A stretch of 63,203 bases of DNA, the filler included, from Choristocarpus tenellus KU-1152 (taxonomy: Eukaryota > Protista > Phaeophyceae): assembly GCA_964200185.2 (NCBI GenBank). It is 10 parts of 10 records of this genome, joined end to end, with 100 filler letters (N's around TTAATTAATTAA, not from the genome) between each part and the next. Parts side by side here need not be neighbours in the genome. Positions count along the whole stretch, not along the records: positions 43,016 to 53,195 come from CAXNAD020003099.1; positions 53,296 to 57,989 come from CAXNAD020013442.1; positions 58,090 to 63,203 come from CAXNAD020011827.1; 7 more parts are not named here. One strand, given 5' to 3'. Positions 49,700-63,203 of this stretch are shown here, piece by piece. A program made the position numbers and the translations under genes. Numbering within the stretch: the first letter of the stretch is position 1; every line of letters begins with the position of its first letter. The notes beneath the pieces were generated by a model, which had not been told where the DNA came from, ran no database searches, and was given only the letters and a program-made list of their open reading frames with translations.

Positions 49700-52600
49700 A
49701 CTTGCCCTTGCCAGTAAGTAGGGACTTTGAGAGAGAGGGACAGCATCTCTGAGACATTATTCTCCAAAATTTTGATGTGGACTAATAAGTCGCTAGACTT
49801 CTAGTTTCCAGCACACATTACCACAACAACGTAGGTTTGCACTACTCACGATGTCCTTGAAATTGGCTTAATTTGACGTCCTTCAACACTAAACCAAGGC
49901 CTGCATGCATGACACCTTCATTGGTCAACACTATGGGGGCATCCCTAAGGAATCTAGTGTTATCCTACCACAACTTAGAACCGCAAGAATGAAGAGACCT
50001 CTGCAGTGCTTGTTGCCAAGCATCCCAATGATAATTTTTGTGACCTATGACGAGCTGTTGCCATAGCTAAAGGCAGGGTAGAAATGTAAGGTTCTGCCCC
50101 TCTTGAGGGGAGTTCACATCAACCTTGCTACAGACAGCCTTCATACATTACAATAGCAACTCAGTGCCAGGCCCCAATGGTATGCGACTCAGGTCATATT
50201 CAATCTGCCATTATAACAGATGTGCAATGAGGAGGTGGCAGAGGTGTTCACAAAGTTATGGTAGCTGGCATGCATCTTGCCAGATTCCTCATCCCCTGAG
50301 TTTTGGAACCTTCACATCACTTCCAGGCTCAGTCATAGGGGAGAAATGTCGCCTAGTATAATGTGGTTCTTTCTTCAGGAGGGCATGCCCTCAGCACCTT
50401 GGTCTGACTGGTGCCCGCACCTAGAGGATAGATTTGGGTCATTGGTCTAGATGGGAAAACGCTTTGAATATTGTACACAACTTGCCCTTCATTGATGCCC
50501 TCCCAGAGGTACTGTCAGGACCCCTCCCCTATGTGGCAAACATGGATGGTAGCAATCAAGATACCCTTTTCCCATCAGATGACAGGGTTGGCCCTCTTGG
50601 CCCCTGCCTTCACCGCTGTCGTGTCTTGCCACTACCAAAGCCCTAAACAGATAAAGTTCATATTTAGACCCCAGAGCACAATTGATGGTGTATCAATCTC
50701 TATCAGGGAGATAAACCTCATGGCCATTACCGAATTTAAGCAGCTGAAAATGAACCTATTTGAGGTGAATGTAGTGCTCAACACGGATAAAACATACGCA
50801 GCACCACCCCAGGGTCACCAACCCATGCCATTGGGAACTGGAACTTCTAGTCACTTCAGGTATCAACCTTACTCTAGACCCCAATAGTTTTGCAACTCTC
50901 AGGACACCAATGTAAATTACAGTTTCATCCAACCGCAAGTTGTAGAGTTATTGAGAGCTCGAGCTTACAGATGTTAACTGTGCGCCTGGCTGAGATGGAA
51001 GACAAGATATCGGCTATATGCCTCCTGAACTTCCAGTCCCCCTTTCCCCATTTGAGTTACAAGTGATGGTCACTCCCCGACACCTGGCTAGTTCTGCCAT
51101 GGATCAAGCAGAAAAATCTCTTATAGACAATGGAGAAGCCCAAGTAGGTGGCAAACTCAGTGGAGGCCATGGAGATCTTTGATGGGGTGTGACAATGGGT
51201 CTCTCTGCCTAGAAGCACACCTGCAAGCACGAGTGCAGATACCCACAAGTTTGAGGGGCCTAGATCTGATCTCTGTGATGCATCACCAACTCTCTCCACT
51301 CTTCTGACTAGATAACAAGGGCCCCATGGTGAAGCCATTACACAAGTCGTTTGTATGAACCCTGCAGCACAGGGCTTGGTATCATCGAACCATGCCATCA
51401 TCTCATCGCTAGTCCACCTGGAGGACCTGGTAGCGGTTATTGGTAGAGGCTAGGTTGACTGGTCGGATACAATCACTCCCACTCCCGTACCAAAGGTTCT
51501 CATTGCGACAGCTCATGATGACAGGGTAACAAGGAGGGCCCAGCAAAACACCACGCACCTACTGAACAGGACCTGTTTTGAATCCTTGAGGACACAAGTT
51601 AACCTTACTGCAAATACTGAGGAACAACGAAGGGAAAGTTCCTTGCTGGTTCTAGTTCACCATAGGAGCCAGTGTTGGCAAGGATTTAATGCATCGGCGA
51701 CAAAAGAGCTACCACACCCGGCATGTCAGATCCGTTGTGTGGAATTTTAGCCCTGCTGCCAGTAGATCTCTAGGGAGAGAGGAGGTACTGACCCAGTGGC
51801 CAGGTGCAGGAGGTAGATTGTTGATACCCAACATACAAGTATCTTCCCTAGAGCAGGGGGACAAGTACACCAGCATACACCAATGGTGATAAGGTTAGGC
51901 CAAATCTGCAGGGGAATGGGCATCCTTTTCACACTGGAGGATGGCAGTTCGTTCACACTGGACAGAATCTTCGACATTGATGTGGTGTTCCATACTAAGG
52001 CATTTTTGGAGGCTGGGTCAGGGTCCCATATGGGCTAAGGGCCTACTCCTGGATGTGGCTCTTGCAGAGGTCCAGGCAGCTTGCCACCAGGCAAACTTAT
52101 TCACCAGCAACGGTGTTGCTACTGAAGTAGCCTAGGTGCAAAAGCGCACCCACTTCAAAGGATTTATTTATCCTTGTAGTTTTAATCTCAACACTTCAGC
52201 AGTGGGAAGTTTTGGTCACCTTGGTATGAGCAGAGATGTTCCTTGATCAGATGTGCACATAAACCATTAGGTAGAGAGGGGCTGAGGGTTGCAGTAGGAA
52301 TGGAGATGTCAAAACTCCTTTGAGACAAATAGTATCCATAACTGGATAGATGACTCTTTTGAGGCATGCTTTGCGCTTCAACCTAGAAACACCTTTTTGC
52401 TGAGCAAGAAGGGCCCTCACAATGAGATTCGTCCCTAGCTTGTCAACCTCCTTTGTAGGGATAGGTTAGGAGGATAGCATTATGTACATCTGTTCATAGG
52501 GAATAATACCACAAGTAACTTGTTGTATAGTGTGGAATAAGGAGGGAAGCATGTTGGAAACAACTGTTGCTACAAGAGTTCTTGCAGTTTTCTTCTCCAG

Positions 52601-52700
52601 AGTACATTGTTTTGGAATTTATCCCTCATTAGACACATCTGGAAAATTTCAGAAGGTAACCAATGAAGTAGCAAATAATACTTCCAACAATAGCAGTAGC
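49700..52700 (-). mobile_element. Decayed non-LTR (LINE-like) retrotransposon: RT and possibly RNase H
   Basis: Ordered minus-strand traces VALLS..ILA, QGFKTG, SPWGP..DASQRSDLGP (cf. G.xQG..LSP), VIYIGV (cf. YLGV) and LTNEG..AGLG (RNase H-like), with many stops. Confidence 0.5.
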
Positions 52701-53295
52701 ACTCCCTCTGTTCCATAAGCCTGCGACATAGGGGTGTAAGCTCTCAAGATGACCTCCAATGAAAAAAAAGGTTTTTATATTGAATTCCTTGATGTTTTTA
52801 CGTGAACATCAATCTTCATCACTTTCCTCGTGCCCACCAACCCACCAATCCACCACCACGTCAAAAGTCCTCTGTTGACTCCGACCAGTTTTGGCAGACT
52901 TCCCTAACACTGCCTTTTCTTAGTCCCAGAGTGCTGTACCTCAAAATCATTACTCCCTAACGCTTCAAAACTTGATTGTACCGTTTAATGAGAATCCGCC
53001 ACACCAAAGTAGCTGTGTTGTACGCACCGTACATGCTCTTCACACACCCTTTACAAGGTCATCTATCATACCGTAACGCTCCCTCTAAACTCTACTTTTT
53101 AGGGATGCAAAGAACCCCAAATCATTATGAGCTTGATATTTCACCCCACTCCCCCCCCCCCCCGCCCCCCACCCCCACTCACCCTCTTCTCCCTCNNNNN
53201 NNNNNNNNNNNNNNNNNNNNNNNNNNNNNNNNNNNNNNNTTAATTAATTAANNNNNNNNNNNNNNNNNNNNNNNNNNNNNNNNNNNNNNNNNNNN

Positions 53296-54050
53296 CCCCT
53301 TTTTATGGTTCTTGTTTGTCCTGTCTGTCGTTTTTGGTGCACACACACGCCAAACACCAAGACTACCATCAAAGGTGTGAGCCAAATCCGGGTGGGCGTT
53401 GGCTGCAATGATCATGGCTTTGGCAATATGACTCTTGTGCTGTACATTAGGGGACCCTTGGAAGGTCGTTATCATCCTCATGCGGAAATACCCTAACCCT
53501 TTCCCCATCAGCCATTACGTAAAACCAGGTTTCAGTCACATGGATCGTGTTCACCATGGAGGCGTACACACCACATTTCCGGTCCACTTGATCGCAAACA
53601 AAGTCCATTCTCCATACCTTTTTGCCACGATTTAAGCTTAGGTTTGATCCAGCAGCGATTCAGCATGGCTCCCTTATCACACAACCACCTGTTTATGGTG
53701 CTCGTGCTATACTTCAGCCCCTTCACAATCATCTTCATTGTCACCTGACGCACTGTGGATGACTGATTATCGGAGTTGATACTACGGATTGCAGTCATCT
53801 TGGCCAGTGTGAGCTCCGAAGGCCGGCCACTACGTGCCGCCACCCCTAGTTGTTGGCCACGGGAGAGCTGATTGGCGACGTCCTCCCAGAGCCCTCACAC
53901 GTAACACTCGGACACTCCAAACTCCATTGTGAGGGCCGGCCCAACGTGTTGCAGCTGTTTATGCTCACCAGGGACCATCACAAGGGCATGCCGCACTACA
54001 AGCGCAACTCTGGTATTCAGGGACACTTGGGCACCCTTCCTATGTGGGGG
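53296..54050 (-). mobile_element. Tc1/mariner transposase of the DD39D (plant/oomycete mariner-like) type, frameshifted pseudogene, truncated by gap
   Basis: RSGRP..STVRQV..STSTINRW..IKPKL, IHVTETWFY (cf. HIDEKWFY), VQHKSHIAKAMIIAANAHP..FDGSLGVWRV..RTNKNHKKG (cf. QSKRFI.KVMFL.AVARP..FDGKIG.W..RSS.NR.KG). Confidence 0.88.
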
Positions 54051-55606
54051 GGTTGACGGGGGTTGCCATGCCGACATTCTGACCCTCAACATGCCCAGCT
54101 CTGGCCTCGAAATCGCCCCAAAAGACTCCTACTTTGACGGCTTGAAGCACCTCGGGTTTGTACCTGATGATCCTCCACCCCCACCTTTTCTGAAAGCTGA
54201 GATTGTCAACCCTATTTGCTTTTTTGTGGTTATCTTCCAATTCGACGCCGTTCTCGCTCGACAAGCCCAGATGTTTCACGGCACAAACTTACGGCACATA
54301 GGTAATAAGAGGATAGTTGAGTTTATCAAGCTACTCCGACAATTGTATATATCAATCACCACATTTTAGACAAAAAACAAACGAAGGAGGTAGAAAGATC
54401 TGCATGTTCTCACCTGACTGAAGGCAAAAATCTGATCCCTTCCATGTCACCTCAAGGAGGAGACCAGATAATATAATCAGAGGAAGAATGCACCACCCAC
54501 TCTCTTGTGGTATGTATTGCAGCCATACAGATTTAATCTCTTCACCTCAACTAGCAGAGCTGAGCGTAGTACCCCTTCTTATCATTTCACCAAGATGAAG
54601 ACAAATAAGGAGGTAGAAACAGATAGCTACTGTAGGGTATCAGGTGAACACACACAACCAACAACAAACTAACCTGCCTACCCATCAGCCAGTATATCTT
54701 TCTGTTATTAATCCTTTTGATGACTGGACACTGCTTGGACAAAAATACAAACGGTACAATCATCGCATGGAGTTGCACAGCCCCAATGGGATTTATCCCT
54801 GAAGGGTGCTTATTCCCCTCCCCCAACATGAAGGCATTGATAGAGTATTCCCATACTCCCATCCAAAAATCAAGACAGACCACCACGTTCTTGATTCATT
54901 CCAATGGAATCCTTCCTTCCCCCTTGAAACCAAATTTCCCAAATCAGCCAGTGACCATACTTTCAATACCTTGCCAACACATAACGCCGTGTCTCCAGCC
55001 AAAAGCAACAATACCTCTAGTATACTCCCACCAATTTCTTGAGAAAAACTTAGGTTCTTGCATTGTACAACAAGTGCTTACAGTGATACAAACAATATGT
55101 AATAGTATGTACACACACAATACAAATAGTCTGGTCAGTAAACACTAACAAAATTCAGCAGTTGGAAAGAATAAAAAAAAACTGAGCCGCACCGAAAATA
55201 CACTTCAGACCATCAGACCAAGGCAAAATTTGAACTCAAGGTCGCTCCCTGCCTACCCTTCCTCTTGGGGAGGGGCAGTAAAAAGGCACATGAAAAAAAA
55301 AAAAAGGGAAAGCAAAACCTTTAACAATAACTGGGGTGCATTACTGAAACAACCGTAACATATCACACACCCATCTGTCCCTCTCTACTCCAGCCTTGCC
55401 TCCCTCCCGGAGCTTCCCTCTTTACAAAAAGAAACAGCAGTGAATGAGAAGTGGGCATGCTGGAGGCAGATGAGGGACATGATACCTGGACCGATATGGT
55501 CCGCCAATGGTTACGATCCCAAGTTCTTTAGGTGCTGTGCACACTACTCCTTGCTCCATTCTGATGGAAAACCCTTCAAAAATTTTTGTTATGTGTTACC
55601 CATAGT

Positions 55607-57532
<1,926 letters not shown>

Positions 57533-60500
57533 CTACCAGACAAATCGGGTTTGACAGAGAGGTTTACTCCGGGTTACATACAAAAACGACAAAAAAAGGT
57601 GGGCCGCCACACCCACAGGCAAGAAAGAAGTAAAGAGTGTGGAGATGCTAGAGCAAGACAAGACAAGACAAGACAACAGCATAGTAACAATAGTAATAGT
57701 AATAGTAATAATAATAATAATAACAATAACACAGTGATCCCAACCTGCATGCCCTTCCACTTCAACGTGAATGGACCTATCTTCACAGTGACACACGCCA
57801 TTACCAACTATGAACGCCTCACAGAGTACACGATGTTCAACACGCATCAATTTTCATCCAGAACATTTATTTCTTTTAGGTTCTTGCCTTGCACGAGTCG
57901 TACCACACTCTAAGAAGAAAAAAAAAAGGGGGGGGAGGGGGGGAAAACAATACATACAACAAAACAATTTTTTTTTAACCTCTCCAACANNNNNNNNNNN
58001 NNNNNNNNNNNNNNNNNNNNNNNNNNNNNNNNNTTAATTAATTAANNNNNNNNNNNNNNNNNNNNNNNNNNNNNNNNNNNNNNNNNNNNTTGTTGTATTT
58101 GGTAAAGGTCCTTCAGTTCATTCTCAGTTGTCTCTAATTGTCTCGAGCAGTAGGGGGGGGGGACTTTGACGATTGGCACTGTATGTGAAGTGAAGTAGAT
58201 GTGGTGCAGACATACACACACAAGCACTCTTTCTCATCTGTGGAGTAGTATGCGTTGGCTGTTGCAGGGAAAGGAGGCACAAATATGTTGAAATATGTTG
58301 TTTGCAATATTTAGTCCCACTCCTGCCCCCCCCACCCTAGAGATGGTCTGATGACACTTGAGGAGCATGCAGTATATTGTGTTCTACTATTAATTGTGTG
58401 AGAGTATATTTTTTACAGTATTGTAAGACATGCAACTACTCCAGGCAGTGGCAGTACCTAGAGTTTCACCAGAGGAATATGGTCAGTTGTAGCCTGTTTG
58501 CAACACTTAGGTTTGGTGCCCTCCCTCTCTCACCAAACTACCAGTCTACTGACATATCCACCTCACACCCACCTTTGACTTGTACATCATACTAAAAGGT
58601 TGATCTTATGGCACAACAGTATCCACCAGAGATTTGGAATATGTATGGAGTGCAAGGAGGGCTGCTCAAAGCAGTAGCAATATCTATCAGGTTGCCTGCG
58701 GAGGAGAGGCTGTGTGAAACAAGTGGAGTTGTGATGTCACCTCCATCATCTCATTGCAGTACTCCATAAGGCCTAAAAACCATGTAGTGGGTCACTTGAT
58801 GCATGAATATATGAATACCTGTTTGATGCATACGCCAAGCCATAAAAACCTTTCTGTATACACCTTAACATGGGGAAATTGTAGTCACATCAAAAAATAT
58901 TTTGTGGTATGGCGGACATGAAGTGTTCATACTCAACACTTTGACACAAGCCATTCAAAGGAGACACCGTTTGTTTTTGACCCAATTATATGTGTGTGTC
59001 AAGGCCCCTTTGCAATCTCTTACCATTTGCTGCCAACTTCTGGTGGTCTTGGCCATGTATAATAGTAGTTGATCCCTCATGGATAGTCCAGCACCGCTGC
59101 CTCAACTAACAGGGTAACTGAGAAAGAGGAGTGGACTGTCCATGAGGAATTCAATGTACCATAAAGTGACAACCAGTGGCAAATGGTCAGGAATTGTGAG
59201 AAATTTGCCTAGACACAAGGACAACAATGTCAAGAACGTGGAAACGCTTCATGTGTCAGGCGATGTGGGAATGGTAAATGTATTGCAATACAGGTGTACA
59301 ATGGACGTGAAGGTGGAAGGACTAGTTTGCATTTGCATGTACAATTTCTGCACTACTTTTCGTCTGTGTAAGTTACAGTGTGTTAAAACTTAGGCTACTC
59401 ATTGATTAGTTGTTGATTCGATACAGTATCACCAGTTCATACTGAATATTTATTTGTACATTATTATTCTGGTGGTCATTATTTCCACTTCCATCATTAT
59501 CTCATCGTCAATTACTTTTAGCACACAACAGTACATAGGGAGCAATAAGAACAGTCGCTACCTATCACACATACAGGAATAATATGTGTCTCATGAGTTT
59601 CCTGAGATATTGATTCAACATTTCCTTGTTTCTTTTTTGTTTTTATTTTCTTCTTCTTTACACCAGTCTTCAGTTGTGTATCATGTGTTGATAATTATTT
59701 TTCTTGACTGGCATTGCCCCCTCGTAAGACATCGAGCCCACTCTGCACTAAGAGTACCTGATACACACCTGTATGCAATATACTCAGAGTAAAAACATCC
59801 TCAGAAACTCTTCTCCGTCAAGGTGATAAGCCTCTTCACAGAGCATGCATTTCTTCATCAAATTTGAGCATCTCAATGAATAACTACAATTTCACATCAA
59901 CCATAATCTGATTGAGCAAAGCATGTCTTCAGGTTTACCAGAATAAATCCACCAGTGATTTATTGTACTATGATACCTCTTCGCCACGAACTATCCACTG
60001 CACAAGAAAGCACGATTCATACGAATTCAGGTTTCAACGCACACATAACGATTGGTAGAATGTACCTAAGAAACATGTAAAAAGTTCGGCATACTATAGG
60101 TTGCTACTACGTACACACCAGCATCAAATTTGCTTGGCAGGTGTGTTATTAGTCACTGTTAGTTTGGCAAGTATATGGGTGTAGTTAGATAGGGAATTGG
60201 TTTAGGTCCAAAGTGCAGTCTTCTTCAACATTTATACATGTACGTACGTTCTTATGTGCCCAAAAATAAAACAAATCTTAAGTTGGTTATTTTTGTTAGT
60301 AGTTCCATTGCTTGGTGGGGAGGGACCTGTGGAGAGAGAGATATATATGGACCCTGGAGTTGGAGTTCCTATTTGCTTTTGAAATACTCCCCAGCTCAAG
60401 CCATAGAATACATGTTCCTCAAAGCATTGTATTATTAATGTGGGTCCGATAGTGGTGTGACTTGCCTGCTGTCGAAGGGAGTAATGGGTACTAATTTCTG

Positions 60501-61440
60501 GGTCTTGACATCCTGGTGCGTATCGATATTTTTCCGCCTAGGTTGGTGTGTTGCAACAATTGGAAAACCTTCTGTGGTTTATTTTGCATAACATCATTGT
60601 ATTGTTGAGTAGTACGTACAGGTATACCCCATGTTACACTGCTTTTCTTACATGATTTTAAGTATATAAATGGTGCAGTAGTAGTGACTTCCATATTGTT
60701 AGGAATATTCTTCTCGTTCACCTCAATTGAAAAATGAAATATTTTTTGTTCCTTTTTCATCTCATGTATTTCAATTTGTAACAGTAAATTGTCGAATCTT
60801 CTACCCTACCTCACCATCAATCATTTGCGTTCTCCTTCTTGCACCACATGAGTTCTCCAAGGCTTCGTTGCAGCAGGAGTCGGCGAGTCGACGATGCTCT
60901 GAGTCTTGCTTTCGGTCTTTGTCAGTGCTGCATGGCGTACCTATTCCCCATGCACTTTATTGAATTCATCACAGTTGCGCTTTTCCACCATTCCCCTCCT
61001 TCATTCAATCCCCTTGTACATGAGGTGATGCTTTGTATAGACACAGGATGGACAAGGTATCTGTGGGAATCTCTACCTCTACAATACGTTGGTGAGAGAG
61101 CAACGCAACCCTTTCAATATCTGCTCTATTGATAGGGGGCTAACACCCACAGTTTCTCATCGCCGTGTGTCACTAGATGTCACTCTTAGCTGTGTGTGTC
61201 AATCACCTTCCACTCTCACTGCAGCCTTTGTTGGCCAATAATTCCGCTAAATAGGCAATCAGTGTATTGATAAAGATCGGGAATACCGCAGATTATCACG
61301 TCACTCTGTTGAACAACGAAGTCAGTCACTCGCTGGTGTGTTTTGGTGAAGGGCCAACCCCTCTAAAAGACACGGCGGTTCTTCCGTACTCTGCACTGTA
61401 TCGTCCTTTAGCAAGTAGTATAGCTAAGAACTTAACGAGG

Positions 61441-62605
61441 CTACGGCATAGCTGACTCATCGCCGATGTTGCCATGTCTCACTGCCATTGCTACTGCGCG
61501 GAAACCTGGCCAACTTATGGGACAGGCCAACTCTTCCCAACTCGTTGAGTTGACTGATACGGGTGCTGCACAGTTAGGATGCTACTATAGGCCTTTTGTA
61601 TCCAAAGCATCCAGTTCACCTCAGTCGTTCAGTGCATTACGATCAATAGGTTACCTCCAATACCCTGATGTACATCATGCCGTAGACCTTAGCCCACATT
61701 GCATCCTCCTCCACCTACATCAAGCAATCTGTACCACATATAGCCTAAGCAACTTGGCCATCACAACACACACGCACAAAGTTCTTCCCTCCTCCAAATC
61801 ACAACTGCACCCTCGATCGTATGTTCACACTACACAGTCCCTTCCCCAACTCAGTACTTCCCTTTCAACCCTTACCCAGACTTACCCATCACACTATCAC
61901 TCCCACATAATTTCCGCATACGCACTCCCCTGAACTCAAATGTGATTGGCATTCGTATCCTACCCTCAGAAGTATGTCAACAACAAGTATCATTGCCGCC
62001 TACATTTTCCCACAATGCCACACCCTCTAGAACAAATTCGAGTGCACTCACACACCCCTCAAGCATCAAGTGTACTCCCATCCCCACTCCAACATAACAC
62101 CATATCCTCACACCAAATTTGTCCCTAAGAGGCAGTAAAGATCCCAAGCCCGCTCGAACAGCTTAGTCGGAAGGCCGTTTTCCAACTGAGCCGTAATTTG
62201 AAGTGACTCTTCACTCTGGGCATGCTGGAGAGTCCACACATACCAGCTTCTTATTTGTTCATTCTACAAAGTATTTGTATGGCTGAAATAGTCCACCTCC
62301 ACTCAACTCTATTGTAGTGTAGGAACCTTGTTATTGTGCTAACATTTCCCTGAAGGATAAAATTTTGCCCTATTTTATGTATGATGACCTGTTTCACTAC
62401 AGAGTACAGAGTTACGTACTGTAGATTTCACAGCACTTAGAGCAGTACTTGGTTGTGTTTTAAGGTAGTGCTCGACAACATATTTCTGTAATACCCCCCA
62501 TACATCTTTGTCAGCAGTATTTCCTTTGCTCAGGGCAACATAATCACTGCTACTTCTCTCCTTCCGACTTGTGCACAATATGCTACTAGAAGTAGTATTC
62601 AACAC
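61441..62605 (-). CDS. Hypothetical protein, 3' exons 62605-62420, 62263-62114, 61581-61441 (more exons may lie upstream)
   Basis: Three stop-free phase-0 GT-AG exons: ..DVWGVLQKYVVEHYLKTQPSTALSAVKST|NEQIRSWYVWTLQHAQSEESLQITAQLENGLPTKLFERAWDLYCLLGTNL|HPNCAAPVSVNSTSWEELACPISWPGFRAVAMAVRHGNIGDESAMP*. No family recognised. Confidence 0.45.
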
Positions 62606-63203
62606 CTCAATTGTTGTTTGTGTATGGCCACAAACACAGACTTGTAGGTGATGAGTTGACGAATTCTGGATGGTCAAGAGCGACAACTGTGGCAGAGTCC
62701 TCAATATTGTGGTTTGATAAGGAGGTCCATTAGGTAGAAGATTGTGCGTAAGAAACGCCAAACTAGGTAGTAGGGTATTGTTGAAGTGCTTTCTGAGATG
62801 TGCCAGTCAGATCCTCTCTCGAAATTTCGAAGCATGTCTTGAGCAAAATACTCTTTGATGATCAGGTTAACACATCTATAAGGGTTTAGCCATTATTGCC
62901 ATTCCAAGAACTACCAGTGATGCCCTTCATATATATATATATATAACAGTGCATGTCGAGATAGTTGTATGTGTAAAAGGGTGCAGGTTATTGAGGATTG
63001 TTGTGTGCGTTGGCTGGAAATTATTTTGTAAGCATGGTTGTTATAATAGTATACACTTTGACGACACAACAACAAGTGTAGCTCACATGCCAAGAGATTT
63101 AAGGGGATGAAGTCACTCGTGAACAAAAAATGCAAACTGATGCCCAATGCCAGGGGAACCAGACTCTCACTACTACAAATAACCTACCCCTAACCCCTAC
63201 CCC

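Noticed and set aside
57533-57913. ORFs with poly-N/poly-L/IT tracts; also the VRVRVR ORF at 4941-5171
   Set aside because: Translations of intronic microsatellites and telomeric repeats.

Overview
Eukaryotic, intron-rich nuclear DNA, most likely from a brown alga or close stramenopile relative. This is an inference from TTAGGG repeats, long introns, PPR and ankyrin content and a GapC-type GAPDH. The window is not contiguous: it is 10 contigs joined by nine identical 100-bp linkers (44 N + TTAATTAATTAA + 44 N), so adjacency across linkers means nothing. Manual splicing recovers a complete 4-exon RPS23 gene and a complete 3-exon 99-aa gene missing from the ORF track. That small protein resembles the 'plant-specific' APC/C regulator SAMBA and metazoan APC16, and it is the best finding. 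Partial genes include a plant At5g60700-like GT2-type glycosyltransferase, a PPR protein, a CDPK/CAMK-type kinase, an amino-acid transporter, an ABC-transporter TMD0 region, an EF-hand terminal exon and GAPDH. Repeats include two related MITE families with 3-bp TSDs, decayed Ty3/Gypsy, LINE and DD39D-type mariner elements, an NCLDV-style ankyrin pseudogene, tandem repeats and many interstitial telomeric arrays. Window-wide signals are CpG-rich 5' gene ends versus CpG-poor gene bodies and TEs, frequent AAG acceptors and GC donors, and G-rich 5' / C-rich 3' intron ends. All homology calls come from recalled motifs; no database search was run.
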